Notes: a model not told the origin generated them from the letters alone. 64,000 bases of DNA from Selaginella moellendorffii (GCF_000143415.4 NW_003314271.1:2090806-2154805), one strand, 5' to 3'; shown: positions 49,683 through 63,645, numbered from the stretch's first letter. Numbers and translations: made by a program.

Positions 49683-52600
49683 TCAGCTCTCGCTCTTGCG
49701 TGTAATGGATATTGGAAGTCCTGCCTTCGGTACAGGGAAGGGACCGTATTGTACGCCCTCTGTTGGCCCTGCAAACTCCCATCTGCGTGTTTCACGAAGG
49801 GAGAGAAAAACAAAGCATGAGGAATCTTGGCAGAGGAGAAGAAAATACGAAAGACAAAGCAGCAAGAAAGAAAAGAAGGTAAGCTGGTTTCTGTTTTAGT
49901 ACCTGAACTGTGTGGTAATGTTGTGCACCAGGACGAGCATTTCCAGCTTCGCCAGCTCCCGTCCGGGGCATGAGTGGATTCCATTGCCGAAAGGCATGAA
50001 CGTATTGGGCTTGGGATGCTCCTCGAATCTGGAGGGGTTGAACTTCTGCGGCTCCAGGAAAAACTCGGGGCTGTGATGGATGTTTCTGAACAGAGGCATC
50101 ACTTTCCAGCCCTTGGGAATCACGTATCCTGCCAAAGCAAGTTCCGGGTAAAACGGTTAGCTTCCTTTTCTTTTGCCAACCGTGATGTTACAGAGGGAGG
50201 GGCTGGGCTACAACTTCTTACCGTTGTATTCCACGTCTTGTACCGCCTCTCTGAAAGTAAACGAGAGGATCGTCGCCAGCCGCATTGTCTCTTGAATTAC
50301 CTGCGGTGTCAAAAGGGAGACGTGTAAGCGACCAAGAGAACCGCAAGCAAAAACGATCACTACTACAAGCTCGACGACTTACTCTCGAAGTCAAGGGCAT
50401 GTTTTTGGTGTCAGCCCACGTCAAGCCTTTGGCACCCTCGGGCTTGCTTCGCCTTATGTTCTCATGCTCGGCCTGCCAGCGACGAACACGAAAACGCGGT
50501 CAGTCCACGAGAAGTTCTTCGTTTTTCTAACGAGAGTTTGTACCGTGACAGACTCGAGGAGCGCGGGGTTCTCCTTGAGATACTTGAGGAGCCAAGTGAG
50601 GACGCTGGCGGTGGTGTCCTGGGCCGCGAAGATGACACCGATCACGTTGTCGGCGATCTGATCGTCGGTCAGGTTCTTGCAGCTGTCGTCCTGGGATTCC
50701 ATGAGAGTTGACAGGAAATCCTTGCAGCGGCCATTGTCTGCTTGCTTCTGCTGCCGCCTACGGTCCAGGATGATGCGGCTGACGATGGAGCTCAAGCGCT
50801 TCCTGGCCTGGAAACAAGGACACGAACCAAAGCGGGATCTTTAGACACGCATCGCAAAACCGAAAACGAAAACCACACAAAAAAAGAAAGGAAAATGCAA
50901 AGGTGGAGCAAGCAAACAAACACATTTGACGATTCCCTACGCGAGTTCCACACGACTGCGACCAGCAAACCTCGAGAAATGAAAACAAAAAAAGCGAGCA
51001 CACCACACGGAAAACAAAGCGACGAACAAAGGCGTTCTTCATGGACATGTTGCGGGGGAGAAGATATTTCTCTCGCCAATCGTGGGCCGACGCACGGAGA
51101 ATGGCACAAGCCACTCGTGAAGCCACACGACCAAAGCACAGTATTTTTTAAAGTCCCACTCAATCAATCAAGCAAAGACCACCAGCAGTAGCAGTAGCGG
51201 CAGCGGCCGCCGCGCGACGAGGGGAGGCTCGAAATCGTTTTCTCGCGCTCACAGATCCCACAGCCACACTCGTCTTTGTTTCGAGCATGTGGCTGGCAGC
51301 GCGCTGGCAGCGCAGGAAAAACCAAACGAAACCAAGAAAAATCTGCTCAGCGGCGAGATTTTTGTGCCAGGAAACAAAAGTTGGGACCAGGAAAGGCTGG
51401 AGAAAGAAAGAAAAAAAAAAGGAAAAAACCACAGGAAAAAAAAAAACTGGAGACACGCCTCTCCCAACGATCCGGGTGCGACGCGCTACCTCGGGGAGAT
51501 AAGACGCGAGCGCGAATAAATGGGCAAATTGCAAGGACAGGAGGAGCGCAGGAGCCAATGGAAGAAGAAAAGGCGAGGGAAAAAAGAAATCCGCCGAGAA
51601 GCATCGATCCATCCAAAAGAGATGAGCCAGGGCTGTGATGTACGTACCTTCATGGCGGCATTGTAAGGGGTGCCAGCGATGTCAATCGGGAATGAGTTGT
51701 AGCCGCGTTCTAGCGTCTGGTAGGCGCGCTTCAGGTCCTCCTTGTCCAGCCCGTCCAGGGAACCGCCAAAGATCTTGAGCACGCCAACATCGAATGCGTA
51801 CTGAGCACCGATCGAGAACCAGCCAGTAGCGCGAGCCGCGCACAAAACAAACAAAAAAACAAAACCGCTTTGATCAGCCCAGCCAATCCATGGTGCCAAG
51901 GACAAGGGAGGATCGTGTCGATCGGGGCAGCAGAAACGCGATCGAAAACAACCAAGCGGCAAGAGGTAGACGAAGATCGAATCTAGAGCATATTCTAGAG
52001 AGAGAAAGGGAGAGAGGCGCTTGAGGAGCTTGCTTACTTTTTTCATCTCCTGGAATGTGTTGATGATGCCGCCGGCGCGATCCAATGAATCCAGTGCCTG
52101 GATTGAGATGGTTTCCAGCTCGGGGACCAGATCGCGGATCACATCCGGGCCAAAGCATCCTTGGACGAGGCGGCGGAGGCGGCGGTGGTACTCTCCCTCG
52201 TGGAAGAAGAGGGCGTGCGGCCCAATTATCCCTTCCTTGCTCGATGGAAAGGTGGTCTTGAAGAGGTGAGCGTGGCTGACCAGGATGAATTTGGCAGCCT
52301 CGGGGCTCGCGATCATCACCGATGGGCAGCCCAGAATGTGAGTCTTGAAGATGTCGCCATACCTGCATTGGAAACGAGTAGTTTGTGAGTAGGGAGGCAA
52401 GAGAAAATCTCTCCCCGAGTTTCTAGATCGGGCAATCGGGTGAATGGATTGATTGGTCGATCGGTGGATTGTGGAATTGGTCTCACTCACCTCTTTTGCT
52501 TGGAGCTGAAGAAGGCATTGGGATTCTGCGAGTAGAGCTGGAGAGTCTCGCCCAGGTAGGGCCATCCCATGGTGCCCGGCGGCAGTGGCAATCGGCCCAG

Positions 52601-52684
52601 GGCATAGGAGCGGCGGGCGAGCTTGAGCAGAGCGAGCAGGAGTAGCATCGCGGAGCCAAGGACGAGCAGCGCAAGATCAGCCAT
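49683..52684 (-). CDS. CYP707A: Cytochrome P450 CYP707A-like (abscisic acid 8'-hydroxylase), multi-exon
   Basis: LPPGTMGWPYLGETLQLYSQNP, VIFAAQDTTASVLTW, PFGNGIHSCPG, QYGPFPVPK. Confidence 0.9.
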
Positions 52685-55532
52685 GGCCGAGGAGGCGCAA
52701 AAAAAAAAATAGGAGAGAAATATTTTTGCTTTGTCTTGTTTCTTTTCTCTTTTCGGACGCTCGAAAAACCCGTGGGATTGATCACTCTTTCTTCCCACTG
52801 TCAGCGAGGGAGAGAGCGAGAGGGAGAGAGCGGCGGGAGCGATAGCGAGCGAGCGAGCAATCGAAGCAAAGAATAACAGAGGAAAGGCCAAAAACAGAGC
52901 ACCAGGCAGTAATCACATCCAAAAACTCCAAATCGGTGGAGAGAGATCAATCGCTTCTTCCCGGAGCCAAATTCTTCAACAAATGGATTCAAGTTCAAGA
53001 ATGGATTCAAATGGACCGATTAGAAAAAGAAAAAAATTGAAAAAAGAAAAGAATAAATTCCTTCTTTTCTTTGGCTCGACCGCGCTCTCTCTTGCGAGTT
53101 TGTGTGAAGGGTGGAAATGGGAGGAATTTATAGGGCGCCACCACAGCGGGGTCCATATGGCGGGTCACAGCGCCCACCTGGCAAAACTGGGTACGTGTAT
53201 AGCTCGCGAATCGCTTCACCCTCTACTTTCTTATCCACACCCCCACAATCTCTTACAATAATCAACATGGATATTCCTTCAATCCCGGCATAGGAATATT
53301 CTCCCGCCACCTTTCCGGAAAAAACGGAATCCCTGTTTTCTTGCCTGCCCTAATTCCTCCTTATCGAAGGTTGACACCTTTTTCATTTCTCGTTGACTTT
53401 ACACCAGTGTGAAAAAGAAAAGGTTGATTCTGGATTCTGAAAATAATGGGAGATTTTTCTGACACAGTGGCCCAGCCAGGAGGAGAGGGGAAAAAAAAGA
53501 GAAAGGAGATTAGTACCAATCATCCCAACATACTACAAAGAGATCTTGCCTGTGAATCAAAGAAAAATCTTATTCTTGTACACTTACATCAGGAGCAACC
53601 ATCACAAGCCACATAGCTTTTCTGTATTGCATGGAACACACCACAAACAACACACAAACACATAAGAAAGGGAATATCCCCATGACTTAACAATAAGATT
53701 TGTTTTGCTTTGACACCACTTCTTGGGTGGATCACAGAATCAACTTGGAAATGCTTAACAGCAAGCAGCATTTCTTTGCTTGTTCCACCCAAACACATTC
53801 AACCTTTGTGACAGGAACTTGGCCTCAGATTGAAGGTGCAAGCAACCTCTGCCATGCACAAAACCCTCTTTTCCTTTACTTTTCTACTCTGTTTTTTCTT
53901 TTTTCCATATGAGCCTCTGGCTGCTGGCTGATCACAATCTCACAGGAATCAAATACTGGTGGAGTTATTTGCACCTGTGCGCACTGTACAAATCCTCCCC
54001 CAAAGGAGCTCATGTGGAAACCAAGAAATTCAGATTCTCGCCCTGAGAAAGGGGGATTTGGGATATCCAATGAAAGTGCTGGTGGATGTCTGCCATGATC
54101 ACTTCTCCAGGACACCATGCGTAAACATCCTCAAGTCCATTATGATTTTCTTCGCCACCTTCCAGAAGTTCCAATCATTGTGCTTAAGGTGTTGTTAGTC
54201 CATAGACCATCCGAATTTTGTGATCACATCGTTTTCCTGTTCTGGAAACACAAAAACACCGTATATCATAGTATCATATCTGCTTTTATGCTGGAGAGAA
54301 AATTCAACTTCAATGTGTAGCAGCGTGTGTGATGTCACTGGAAAAGAAAAAAAAACGCTTAAATAAAAAGCACAGTGGCCCCTCCAATCATGAAATGAGA
54401 GAATTCCATCGATTCAATCCAGGCAAGCGAGGCACCACATACACACGTATAAAAAATCACACACGACATCTATATGATAAGATCTCATCACCTTTGACAA
54501 CCAGACCTCAACTTACGATGGAATCACGTCACTGTTCTAGAGTGTGTTTGCCAACCAACACCAACGTCATGGTCCTCAAGAACACTGCTCCACTGAATCT
54601 TGGCCCCTCGCGCTTTCCACTGGGTGTGGAACTCAACTTGGGCTTTTTTTAATCGCTCGCCAGCGTGCGTGCCAAAGCTTTCTCGTTGGAAAAGTTCTGT
54701 ATCAGGTTGGATGGTGTCCCTGGCCAGCCTTGCAATTCAACGAACTTGGTGAGAACGAGAGGCGAGCTGCGAATTAAAATACCTGCGTAGACCGTTTGTC
54801 GCTTGTACGTGATTGGAGCGCCAGCCGAGCTGAAAGGGCAAAAAAAGAGAGCAAAACAAAGGAAAACAGCGGAAAAAAAGTGAAGGAAAACGAGAGGCCC
54901 GACCCGGTCCCGAGCGAGCGAGCTAGATAGAGCTCTCTTTCTCCTTTTCGCGTCGCGAAAACTTGTCGCCTAGCGCGTCCAGTGCAGCTACACTGGACTG
55001 GACTGGACCCCCAATACCTGAATTCCTCAAACAAAACAAAAACAAATCTTACCGAGGCGGCCGCTTTCGCGTCGATACATTGCACTCTTCCAAAAACTAA
55101 TCGCAACTTGGCTGGGGAACACGGAATGTAGCGAGGAAAACACTTGGAGCGAAGCCTCACCTACAGACAAAAAAAGAGAAAAAAGAGGAAAGTTTCCGCT
55201 AGCGTAGCTTGTTTGAGCTTACCACTGGAGTAGGAAGGATGGGATTCAATCGCCATCAGTATCAGCTTTTGGAGGATCAGGTTCAAAGAAACTTCTTCGT
55301 CCTTGTCCGCAATGACTAGCCAATCACGATTTACGATGTCCCTGCTATTCGGATGTGCACAGCAGCAAATCTTTGTAAGAGATTCATATATTACACAAGA
55401 AAACAGAAAAAAAAAAACAACAACAAGGCTCTATAAACCCTCTGGCTGGCTGCACCACTTTTGCGACACTCAAAAAAGCCAGAGGAATTAAACCCTCGCA
55501 TACCTTTACGCGCAAGCCTATCCATACCAATC

Positions 55533-56935
55533 TCATTTGTTTTCGAACTTCAAGCCGTCCGCATTGGCATGGAAGAAGGTACTCTGGTTTTTCTGAATAA
55601 ATCTGCGTAAAGACAAGAGCACTGTCAGTCAAATGAGCGGATGAACTGGAGATATACTTCAAAAGGTCCATCAGCTTTTGTTGTAGCTGAGAAGCTGCCT
55701 CCTCTTCCATATTTACATATTGAAGGAGCTCCGGAAGTTTCACTGCAACACACACAAGATTTGGTTGAATGATCCATAGCAAGACACGTAGAAAAGTACC
55801 AAACAAACGGAGAAAGTGTTCAGCTCCATACACAGCGGATGGCGTGGATGTGTTATTAGCAAAGACTTCTACATGTTGCTTACGTTCCTCCTTGTATAAC
55901 AACATCAGAGGAAGAGCCTTGTCGAAATAAGAGCGAAGGCCATTAAGTATCTCAACCAGAGAGTCTCCCCTGTAAAACGATTAGTGTGGACTCATCCACC
56001 ATAGAAAGCGAAGTGACGAGCTTACGGTTTTGTCTTAGTTTCTAGATATTTTTGCAATATCTCTTCGACGGAGGGACTTTTTGGTAGCTTGGCTAGCTGA
56101 AGCAAGCAAGAAAAAGGAAACACGTAAATTGTTATATCGCCAGGAAAAAATTAACTTTGCGGCTCTCTTACCTTGCTGCCTTGCGTAACAAGCTCGCAGT
56201 CCTCTATAAGAAGCTTTTTCAAAGCAGCTGGGAGTGAAAACTTTAGTGAGTTATCCTCACCATCTTTTTCCTGCGAAGGCCCCTCAATACACAAGTCTTA
56301 AAAGAGCAAAGAAAACAACCTCAGACTTGCGTTTCCTTCCTTTTGTAGCTGCCTCGCATCAACCTGGTACGTAAACGAGGTAAACTACTGCCGTGAATCT
56401 TACCAGTGCTTGTGGCTCCCTTTGGCTTTCCCTGAGCCATCCGTCCTTTCCCACGCTTGTCCGCAGCTTGCGTATTGACCAGATGCTTTTGTTTCTCCAA
56501 ATTCTCTTCGTTCAGAGGCAGCAGACGCTCCTCCCCAATCCATTCGTCCCAGCTTCGAAAAACAAAAAAATAAACTCTCAGCTGCAAAATCACGAAGAAC
56601 ATCACGACAACTCACTTCTTACTCCATCCCTGTAACATACAACCCAGAGTTTCAACCTTTGAAAAACGCGAACAAGCAAAACAAAACTTACCAGGTAATG
56701 CACGAAGTATTTCCATTCGTTCTTTCGAAGCTCTGCCTTTTGAATCTACGAGTAGAAAAAAAAAAAAACACAATGAAAGAAAATCGAGAAAACCAAGAAA
56801 AAACTCTACCTTGGCTTCGTAAATGAGAGGCCCGTGGTAAGCAAGCACTTTGTCCCCATCCTTGAATTGGGTCATTGCGATTTCCTTCTCGCCAGTGGTA
56901 TCTTCTTCCGCTGGAGCATCCAATGGAGCGCTCAT
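55533..56935 (-). CDS. MRG-family chromatin protein (chromo/Tudor-knot + MRG domain), multi-exon
   Basis: FKDGDKVLAYHGPLIYEAK, WDEWIG, GLRSYFDKALP, YGAEHFLRLF. Confidence 0.9.
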
Positions 56936-57243
56936 TGTCAATCGAGGTAAAAACAAATCCCCTGCTAATCCGTTTAAATCCGGCCGGTCGGCTGTCCTTA
57001 AGCTGCTGTGAGGAAGATTACCTTAGATCGCACTCTCTGCCGCCATCGCTACCCTCCACTCCACAAGGAAACCTAAAATTCCCATTCCCTCTCTTGGAGA
57101 ACCCTGATTTTACATTTGAATTTTAGTAATCGTTAACCGTTGGATGACCACGGCCGAGATCCTGCCACGTTGCACTAGAAACTCCTTTGAAAAAAAAAAT
57201 TCTAGGGCATTGTCGGTGATCGTTTGCTTGCCCTGGAGCGACG

Positions 57244-58081
57244 ATGGGCTATCTCTCCAATCGCGTCGATGAGGCGTCGCTCCAGCCCGGCGATCACATC
57301 TACTCCTGGCGATCCGGCTACGCCTACGCGCATCACGGTAAGCGCTCTCGAAAATCTAGGGTGTTTCCACCGCATTGCCACGATTCCTAGCTTAGAACTC
57401 GCGATCGTCGCTGTCTCACCTCTCTCCCAATTTCCAGGCATCTACATCGGCGAATCGCGCGTGATCCACTTCACCAGGGGCCGGGATCAAGAGATCGGCA
57501 CGAATACCTTCCTGGACACGATAATCTCCAGCTCTGGCCCGGCTCCATCCACGGCTACTTGCGAAATCTGCGGCAACGAGCCAAACAGCCATGGCGTGAT
57601 CAAATCGTGCCTTTCGTGCTTCCTCGCCGGCTGCCCGCTCTACAGATTCGAGTATAGCACCTCTCTCGCAACGTTCTTCGTCAAAATCCGTGGTGGTACG
57701 TGTAGTCTCGCCATTGCCGATGATCCCGAGCTGGTTCTCCACCGCGCGAACTATCTGCTAGAGAATGGTTTTGGGTGCTACCATATCTTCCGGAACAACT
57801 GCGAGGACTATGCGATCTACTGCAAGACGGGGCTTCTCGTCAAGGATAGAACTGCGATTGGTCGCAGTGGACAGGCGATTTCTTTCATCGGGCCCCCGGT
57901 TGCCGCCATCCTCTCGTCGCCATTCCGGTTCCTCATGTCCAGCCCGTGGGGATTTGCTCTCTCCACAGTCGGGGTCTACTACGCGAGCAAGTACGCGGCG
58001 GATGTTGGGATTAGGAACGACGTTGTCAAGGTTGCGGTGGAAGATCTGGCGATCAACGTGGATGTGGGATTGGAGCGGTGA
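57244..58081 (+). CDS. LRAT/NC-domain protein (PSE1/lead-sensitive 1-like), one intron
   Basis: MGYLSNRVD...PGDHIYSWR...HHG|IYIG...NNCEDYAIYCKTG. Confidence 0.88.
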
Positions 58082-58550
58082 AGATTCGGCGGTCTCCGAG
58101 TAAGAACTTTCATGTTTCTTTGAGATTTCAAGAGTGCTTTTGGTTTTCTTGTCCAGGTACTATGAGACCATCTATAAGTTTCGAGTAAGCCTGAAAAGTT
58201 TCGAGTTTCAAGAAAAGAGATCTCAAGTTTCTCTTTGTTTCTTCCAGGTGCCGTATATCATCAAGTTTCCTGGTAGACAGTAAGTTTCTATACTCTTTTA
58301 TCAAGAGTTCTAAATGCCTGTTCCGCTGATTTTTTTCCCAGGTGCTTGCTTCCATCTAGAAACGACATGGTATTCAGTAAGCTATCAAGCTTTTCCAAGT
58401 CTAAGGAAGGATTAAAGTTTTGGTTTCTTGTCTTTCAGATACCACCGTATTGTTGTGATGTTATACTTCATATCGGGGTATGCCATTGTTATTTTCCATA
58501 TGTAATATCAGTGTGTTCCAGTTGTCCAAAAAAATTTCTCAAAGCTTATC

Positions 58551-59409
58551 TCAAGCTGCTTTGTGCCGATCGAAAGAGGCTTTGCTCTTCCTCTCCTTTT
58601 TGCTGGGAGCTTCCAATCCCTGGCTGATCTTCCTCCAGCTCCTCACGACGATTGGGAGTGGAATGACGACCCAAATGCCATTCATGAAGATATAGTAGAA
58701 CCAATAGTAGAGAAGCCCACCCTTGGAGAACTCTTTCCCGGCCAGGATTGGTTGGCCAAAGTAGACGATGTCCCCATAGAGCTGGCCCAGTGAGACCGCG
58801 AGCTGGAGCGTGTATTGGTAGGACTTTCTCTTCGCGATAGCGTATCTGGAAGAAAGAGAGAGATCCAAGAGTGAAAAAAACAAAGTTTTGATCGAGAGGA
58901 AGCTCACACTGCGAGTAGACACGCCGGCCCTGCTAGAACAGACGTGATTCCTTCCACGATAACAACGGTGGGATCACGAGCGCCATAGCGCGAATCGCCA
59001 TTGTGGTATTCCTTCCCTGGAAATCGATCAAAGTGAAGCGAATCAATCGATAGGCGACGGATCTGGCGACGGATCTGGCGAGATCTATGGACTTACAGAC
59101 TTCGGAGAGGAAGCAAATCTCCTTTTGCTTGTAGAAATCCGGGGTGAAGACGAAGTAGCCCTCGAGGATGATGTGCGTGAGGCCCGAGAATGCGAACCAG
59201 CACATAAGCAATCGATCCGTGGCGCCGAGGTAGCGATATTTCCCTGCAGAGAAGCGCGCGCTAGATCGGTCAATCAATCTTTCTCACAAAACTTAACTCG
59301 AAAGAATCCAGATCGAGGCGATGACCAGCGCCGACGCCGATCCATACACCGCGAGAATCGAAGCAATCGACAGTTGCGCGGGGACGAACCCCGGGACTGT
59401 CTCCTCCAT
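58551..59409 (-). CDS. 3-beta-hydroxysteroid delta8-delta7 isomerase (EBP/HYD1-like), multi-exon
   Basis: CWFAFSGLTHIILEGYF, GQLYGDIVYF, YWFYYIFMNGIWVVIP. Confidence 0.88.
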
Positions 59410-59644
59410 GGCGATGAAAGATCTATCCGATAATTTCTACCGTACAGCCAGGGTTTTCCAAACTAGTATGTTCGTACAAAAAGTCAACACTTTCGTACAA
59501 ATTCACCTAGGGTTCGTCAAACAGTTCGAATGAAAAGTTGAAGTTTCGTACACTAGGAATCGTCAGAAACTTGGGAGATATATTCCATGCATAATCACTC
59601 CGTACTCCAGTGTTTTGTATGTACAGTTACCGTACGGATGGTGC

Positions 59645-60986
59645 TCACAGCCAGCCTCGCTTCTTTGGGCACCACTTTAGCTGCCTCCACTCCACCGTCT
59701 TCTCGGCGCGCTCCTCCGGACTCAAGAACTTAAACGAGCTCCAATCGCTCATCACCCCGCGCAAGTCCTCGAGCTTCTTGTCCAGCCCCTTGCAGCAATT
59801 CGAGTGGATCGTGCACACCGTCGCCGGCCTGCTCGTCCCGATCTCGCAGAAGTTTGCAAACACCTTGGTGCTCAGGAACCGGATGCGGAGGCCGAGGCTG
59901 GCGAACCGGGGCGTGAGCTTGATCTTGTCCAGGACTTCCTGGTCGTGCTTGCCCAGGAACGCGAGCCGCGACTGGTACCAGAGCTTGTAGAAGGCGATGG
60001 TGCGGGGATTGGACTTTACGTGGACGAAGCCCCCGTTGGGACTGTTGGAGAGATCGGTGGCGTTGCCATTGTAGTGGTCGCAGGCGATCTCAAAGTCGGT
60101 GTTTCGAGAGAAGTGGTCGAAGGGATCGCGGAACCACAGGATGTCCGCGTCCTGGAACGTCGAAAAACCACATATAAGTCAAGGAAAAACGCTGCCGTAC
60201 AAAACAACGAGAAGAAGAAGAAAGAAAAAAATAATAAAGCGACGACTTACGGAGAAGACGAAGTTGTAGCCGAGCTCGAGCACGCGGCGGAGGAAATCGA
60301 TCCGGCTCCACATCATCTTGAGATAGTCCGAGGAGCGGAAGAATTTCTCGCCGCGGAAATCCACCCCGGGTGTCTTGAGCACGAAGCAAAAGCTGTGGAT
60401 GTCGCGGCAGCGCCGGTACGCGACCTCGTCCAGCGCCACGATGAGCAAGTGATCCAGCAGCGGCCGGGTCCCGGTGCCGATGCGGAAGCTCTTGAGGAAG
60501 AGATCGATCATGCTCTGGTCCCGCGACCACGCCTCGTTGAGCGTGGTGAGGATCACCGTCTTGTTCCGGAACGCGGTCGCATTGAGCAGCTGCCGGAGCT
60601 CCCGCAGCTCATCGCTGCTCTGGAAACAAACACCGAAATTCTCAGCCCCAAAGATCGCGAGGACTCTAGCTATGGCGAGGATATTTCGAGATCTCCAAGC
60701 GAAATCTCGAGAGATTTCGCGAGAATCGAGTAATTTAGAGGGAGCGCGCGTGATCTAGAGAGCGCGCGGCGAGAGAGCGGCCACTTACAAAGGTGTGATT
60801 GAGATTCTCGACCGTGTTGCCCCATCCAAAGACGCGGTGGAAGGATCCCGACCAGGACGACTCCGAGAGCAGCGCATAGGCCGGATTGGACCGGAAGAGC
60901 GCGTAGGGCGCGACGAGGAGGCTGATGACGATGAGCAGCAGGACGATCCATCTGTGGTTCTTCGAACAGTGATCCACATTCTCCAT
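59645..60986 (-). CDS. Nucleotide-diphospho-sugar transferase (GT77-like) type II membrane protein, multi-exon
   Basis: TVILTTLNEAW, DYLKMMWSRIDFL, LGYNFVF, HANCC-like HSNCCKGL. Confidence 0.85.
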
Positions 60987-61160
60987 CGAAAGGGTTTAAT
61001 GCCCAGTAAACCCTAGATTATATTCCTCTCTGCACGGAAGCATATTCACGACACGTGGTGGAATATCCCGTGCCTGACCTTCGTTGCTATTTCTCAAAAG
61101 ACTTTCCAGAGTGAGATGGGGTTTTGAAATTTAGGGTTCCTGGCTAGCGGAATGGCGTGA

Positions 61161-63317
61161 ATGCGCCTTCTACAATGCCGGATCCGGTGCCGCCCCAGCA
61201 CAATCGTTGAGCGCAGGCTAGAACTAGATCGTTTCTCGTGGTTTCAGCATGGAAATCCCGCCGCGGCGAGCATCCCGGCGCTGCTGATCGCTCTCAAGGC
61301 CTGCGGCATCGCAAGGGAGGTCCAATCCGGGAGGAAAATCCACTGGGACTCGGCCAGGAGCGGCCTTGGCTCGGCGATTCGCGTGGCAAATACGCTGATT
61401 TCTATGTACGCGAGGTGTGGAAGCATTGTGGAAGCCAAGCGCGTCTTCGATGGAATGGAAGCGCCCGACACTGTCTCGTGGAACGCTCTCATCCAGGGAT
61501 ACGCTACAAGTGGTGAGGATGATCAAGCGTTACAGCTTTTTTTCCAGGCTCGGGGCAGTGGTTTAGTGGATTCTCGGACTCACGTCTTTACTCTCATGGC
61601 CTGCTCCGCCATGGCCGAGAAAGAGGAGTTCACTTTCATCGATGGAAGGTTTTTAAAGGTGAAGTCTCTCCGCTTGGGCTTGGCTGTTCACTCTCACGCT
61701 CGCGACTTGGGTTGTGACGCAGATATCTACGTTGCTGGAACGCTGGTGGATATGTACTCCAAGTGTGGAAGCATGGAGAACGCTGTCAGTGTGTTCGAGA
61801 GCATGGTAAATCCAGACGTAGTTCTTTGGACAGCTCTGATTCTGGGATTTTCAGAGAACGGGCAACCCGAGGTAGCGCTCGACTTTTTCCAGCGCATGCA
61901 ACGAGAAGGCTATGAACCAAATGCTCGAACTTTCGTGGCGGCATTGGTGGCTTGTGTGGAAATGACGCTGAAACACAGAGGGAAGCAGGGAGAAAAGGTG
62001 GTGAAGGCGAAGTGCTTGGAAATTGGGAAACATCTCCATTCTCAGGCTGCGAGAAGGGAATTGGACTCGGAGCTTTTCGTGGCTAGCAGCTTGATAGATA
62101 TGTACTCCAAGTGTGGGAGCGTTGGGGAGGCTTGGAAGGCTTTCAGCGGTATCAAGAGGCACGACGTGGTTTCGTGGACGACAATGATTCTGGGATACGC
62201 AGAGAATGGCGATGGGAAAAGAGCTTTGGAGCTCTTCGAGCTGATGCAAGCTAGAGGGTGCTCACCAAACACCCAGACTTATCTTGCGGCGCTGCTGGCT
62301 TGTACAACTATAGTCTCCAGCACAGAAAAACGAAGTGATGCCGAGATGAAGCTCCTCAAATTTGAGTGTCTGGAGAAAGCTATGGGGATCCACTCTCGAG
62401 CACTCCAAACCGATATCTTTGTGGAGAATGGGCTCCTGGATCTTTACGCCAAGTGTGGAAACATGCTCGACGCCCGGAAAGTCTTTGACATGATGAAGTG
62501 TCACAACGTGGTTTCCTGGAGTGCTCTCATCCATGGCTATGCACAAGACGAGCATGAAAGCGAGCTGGCTTTTGGGATGTTTGCGGCAATGAAGGACTCG
62601 GGTGGCTGCTTGCCGGATGCTCAAGTTTACGTCGCTGTGCTTGTGGCATGTAGTAATGCGGCAGGCTTCGACACAGGGAAAACTCTCCACGCAGAAATTT
62701 GCAAGCAGGGACACGAAAGCAACGAGTTTGTAGGGAATTCTCTGGTGGATTTCTACGGTAGGAACGGCCGTGTCGACAAAGCTGAGCAGGTCTTTGATTC
62801 GATGCCAAACAAGGACTTGGTGTCGTGGAGTTCACTGCTAGCAGGATTTAGTCGCCTGGGAGATGCTACCAGAGTTTTCCAGCTCTTCTCGGAGATGCGT
62901 GAAGCAGGAGTTCAAGCAAACGCTGTGACTTTCCAATCGGTGTTGTCGGCATGCAGCCACGCTGGGCTTGTCGAAAAAGGGAAGAAGTGCTTCAAAAGCA
63001 TGGATCTGGAATACGGGGTCAAGCCAGGGATAGAACACTACCAGTGCATGATCGACTTGCTGGGGCGTGCGAGCCATCTGGAAGAAGCTCTGGCTATGGT
63101 GAAAGGCATGCCTTACGAAGCGAATGTGATCACCTGGACGACGGTGCTGGGTGCCTGCGAGAAGTGGAAGAATGTGGAGATTGGCCGAGCGGCGTTTAAC
63201 TCGCTGCTGGAGCTGGACGAGCAGCGTGGTGCTGCTTACGCTTTGATGGCCAACTTGTATGAGCGCTGGAATGTTGGAGAGAAGCAGCGCGAGACTGGAA
63301 GAGATCTACAAAGCTGA
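61161..63317 (+). CDS. PLS-class pentatricopeptide repeat protein with E domain
   Basis: Repeated LxxMYxKCG...VFD...DVVSW; LSACSHAGL, HYQCMIDLLGR; no DYW domain in the ORF. Confidence 0.92.
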   Translation: MRLLQCRIRCRPSTIVERRLELDRFSWFQHGNPAAASIPALLIALKACGIAREVQSGRKIHWDSARSGLGSAIRVANTLISMYARCGSIVEAKRVFDGMEAPDTVSWNALIQGYATSGEDDQALQLFFQARGSGLVDSRTHVFTLMACSAMAEKEEFTFIDGRFLKVKSLRLGLAVHSHARDLGCDADIYVAGTLVDMYSKCGSMENAVSVFESMVNPDVVLWTALILGFSENGQPEVALDFFQRMQREGYEPNARTFVAALVACVEMTLKHRGKQGEKVVKAKCLEIGKHLHSQAARRELDSELFVASSLIDMYSKCGSVGEAWKAFSGIKRHDVVSWTTMILGYAENGDGKRALELFELMQARGCSPNTQTYLAALLACTTIVSSTEKRSDAEMKLLKFECLEKAMGIHSRALQTDIFVENGLLDLYAKCGNMLDARKVFDMMKCHNVVSWSALIHGYAQDEHESELAFGMFAAMKDSGGCLPDAQVYVAVLVACSNAAGFDTGKTLHAEICKQGHESNEFVGNSLVDFYGRNGRVDKAEQVFDSMPNKDLVSWSSLLAGFSRLGDATRVFQLFSEMREAGVQANAVTFQSVLSACSHAGLVEKGKKCFKSMDLEYGVKPGIEHYQCMIDLLGRASHLEEALAMVKGMPYEANVITWTTVLGACEKWKNVEIGRAAFNSLLELDEQRGAAYALMANLYERWNVGEKQRETGRDLQS

Positions 63318-63610
63318 CGTGAAGGTGAGTAACTCTTTTCCTCGTCTCTTTCATGCAGTTGTTCTAAGCTTTGCTGCTTCCTCCAGACTTGATTGATCCA
63401 TGGAAAAGGTACCAAGTTCTTCGTTTTGTCTAAGTATCAGAGCTCATACTTCTCTTGCAGATGCGCATAAAGAATGAAAGAATGCGTTGCGTGACGTGCT
63501 GAGAGAGACTACCACGGCCGATATAATTCCTCCAATCCCGCCTATATGATCGGTACTGGAAATTCGAAGAACCAAACGGAGGTAAAGCTCGTGTCTTTGT
63601 TTATAATTCC

Positions 63611-63612
<2 letters not shown>

Positions 63613-63642
<30 letters not shown>
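63613..63642. repeat. (GT)n microsatellite
   Basis: Direct sequence. Confidence 0.9.

Positions 63643-63645
<3 letters not shown>

Noticed and set aside
59804-60733. 309-aa plus-strand ORF
   Set aside because: Antisense shadow of the GC-rich GT77-like gene
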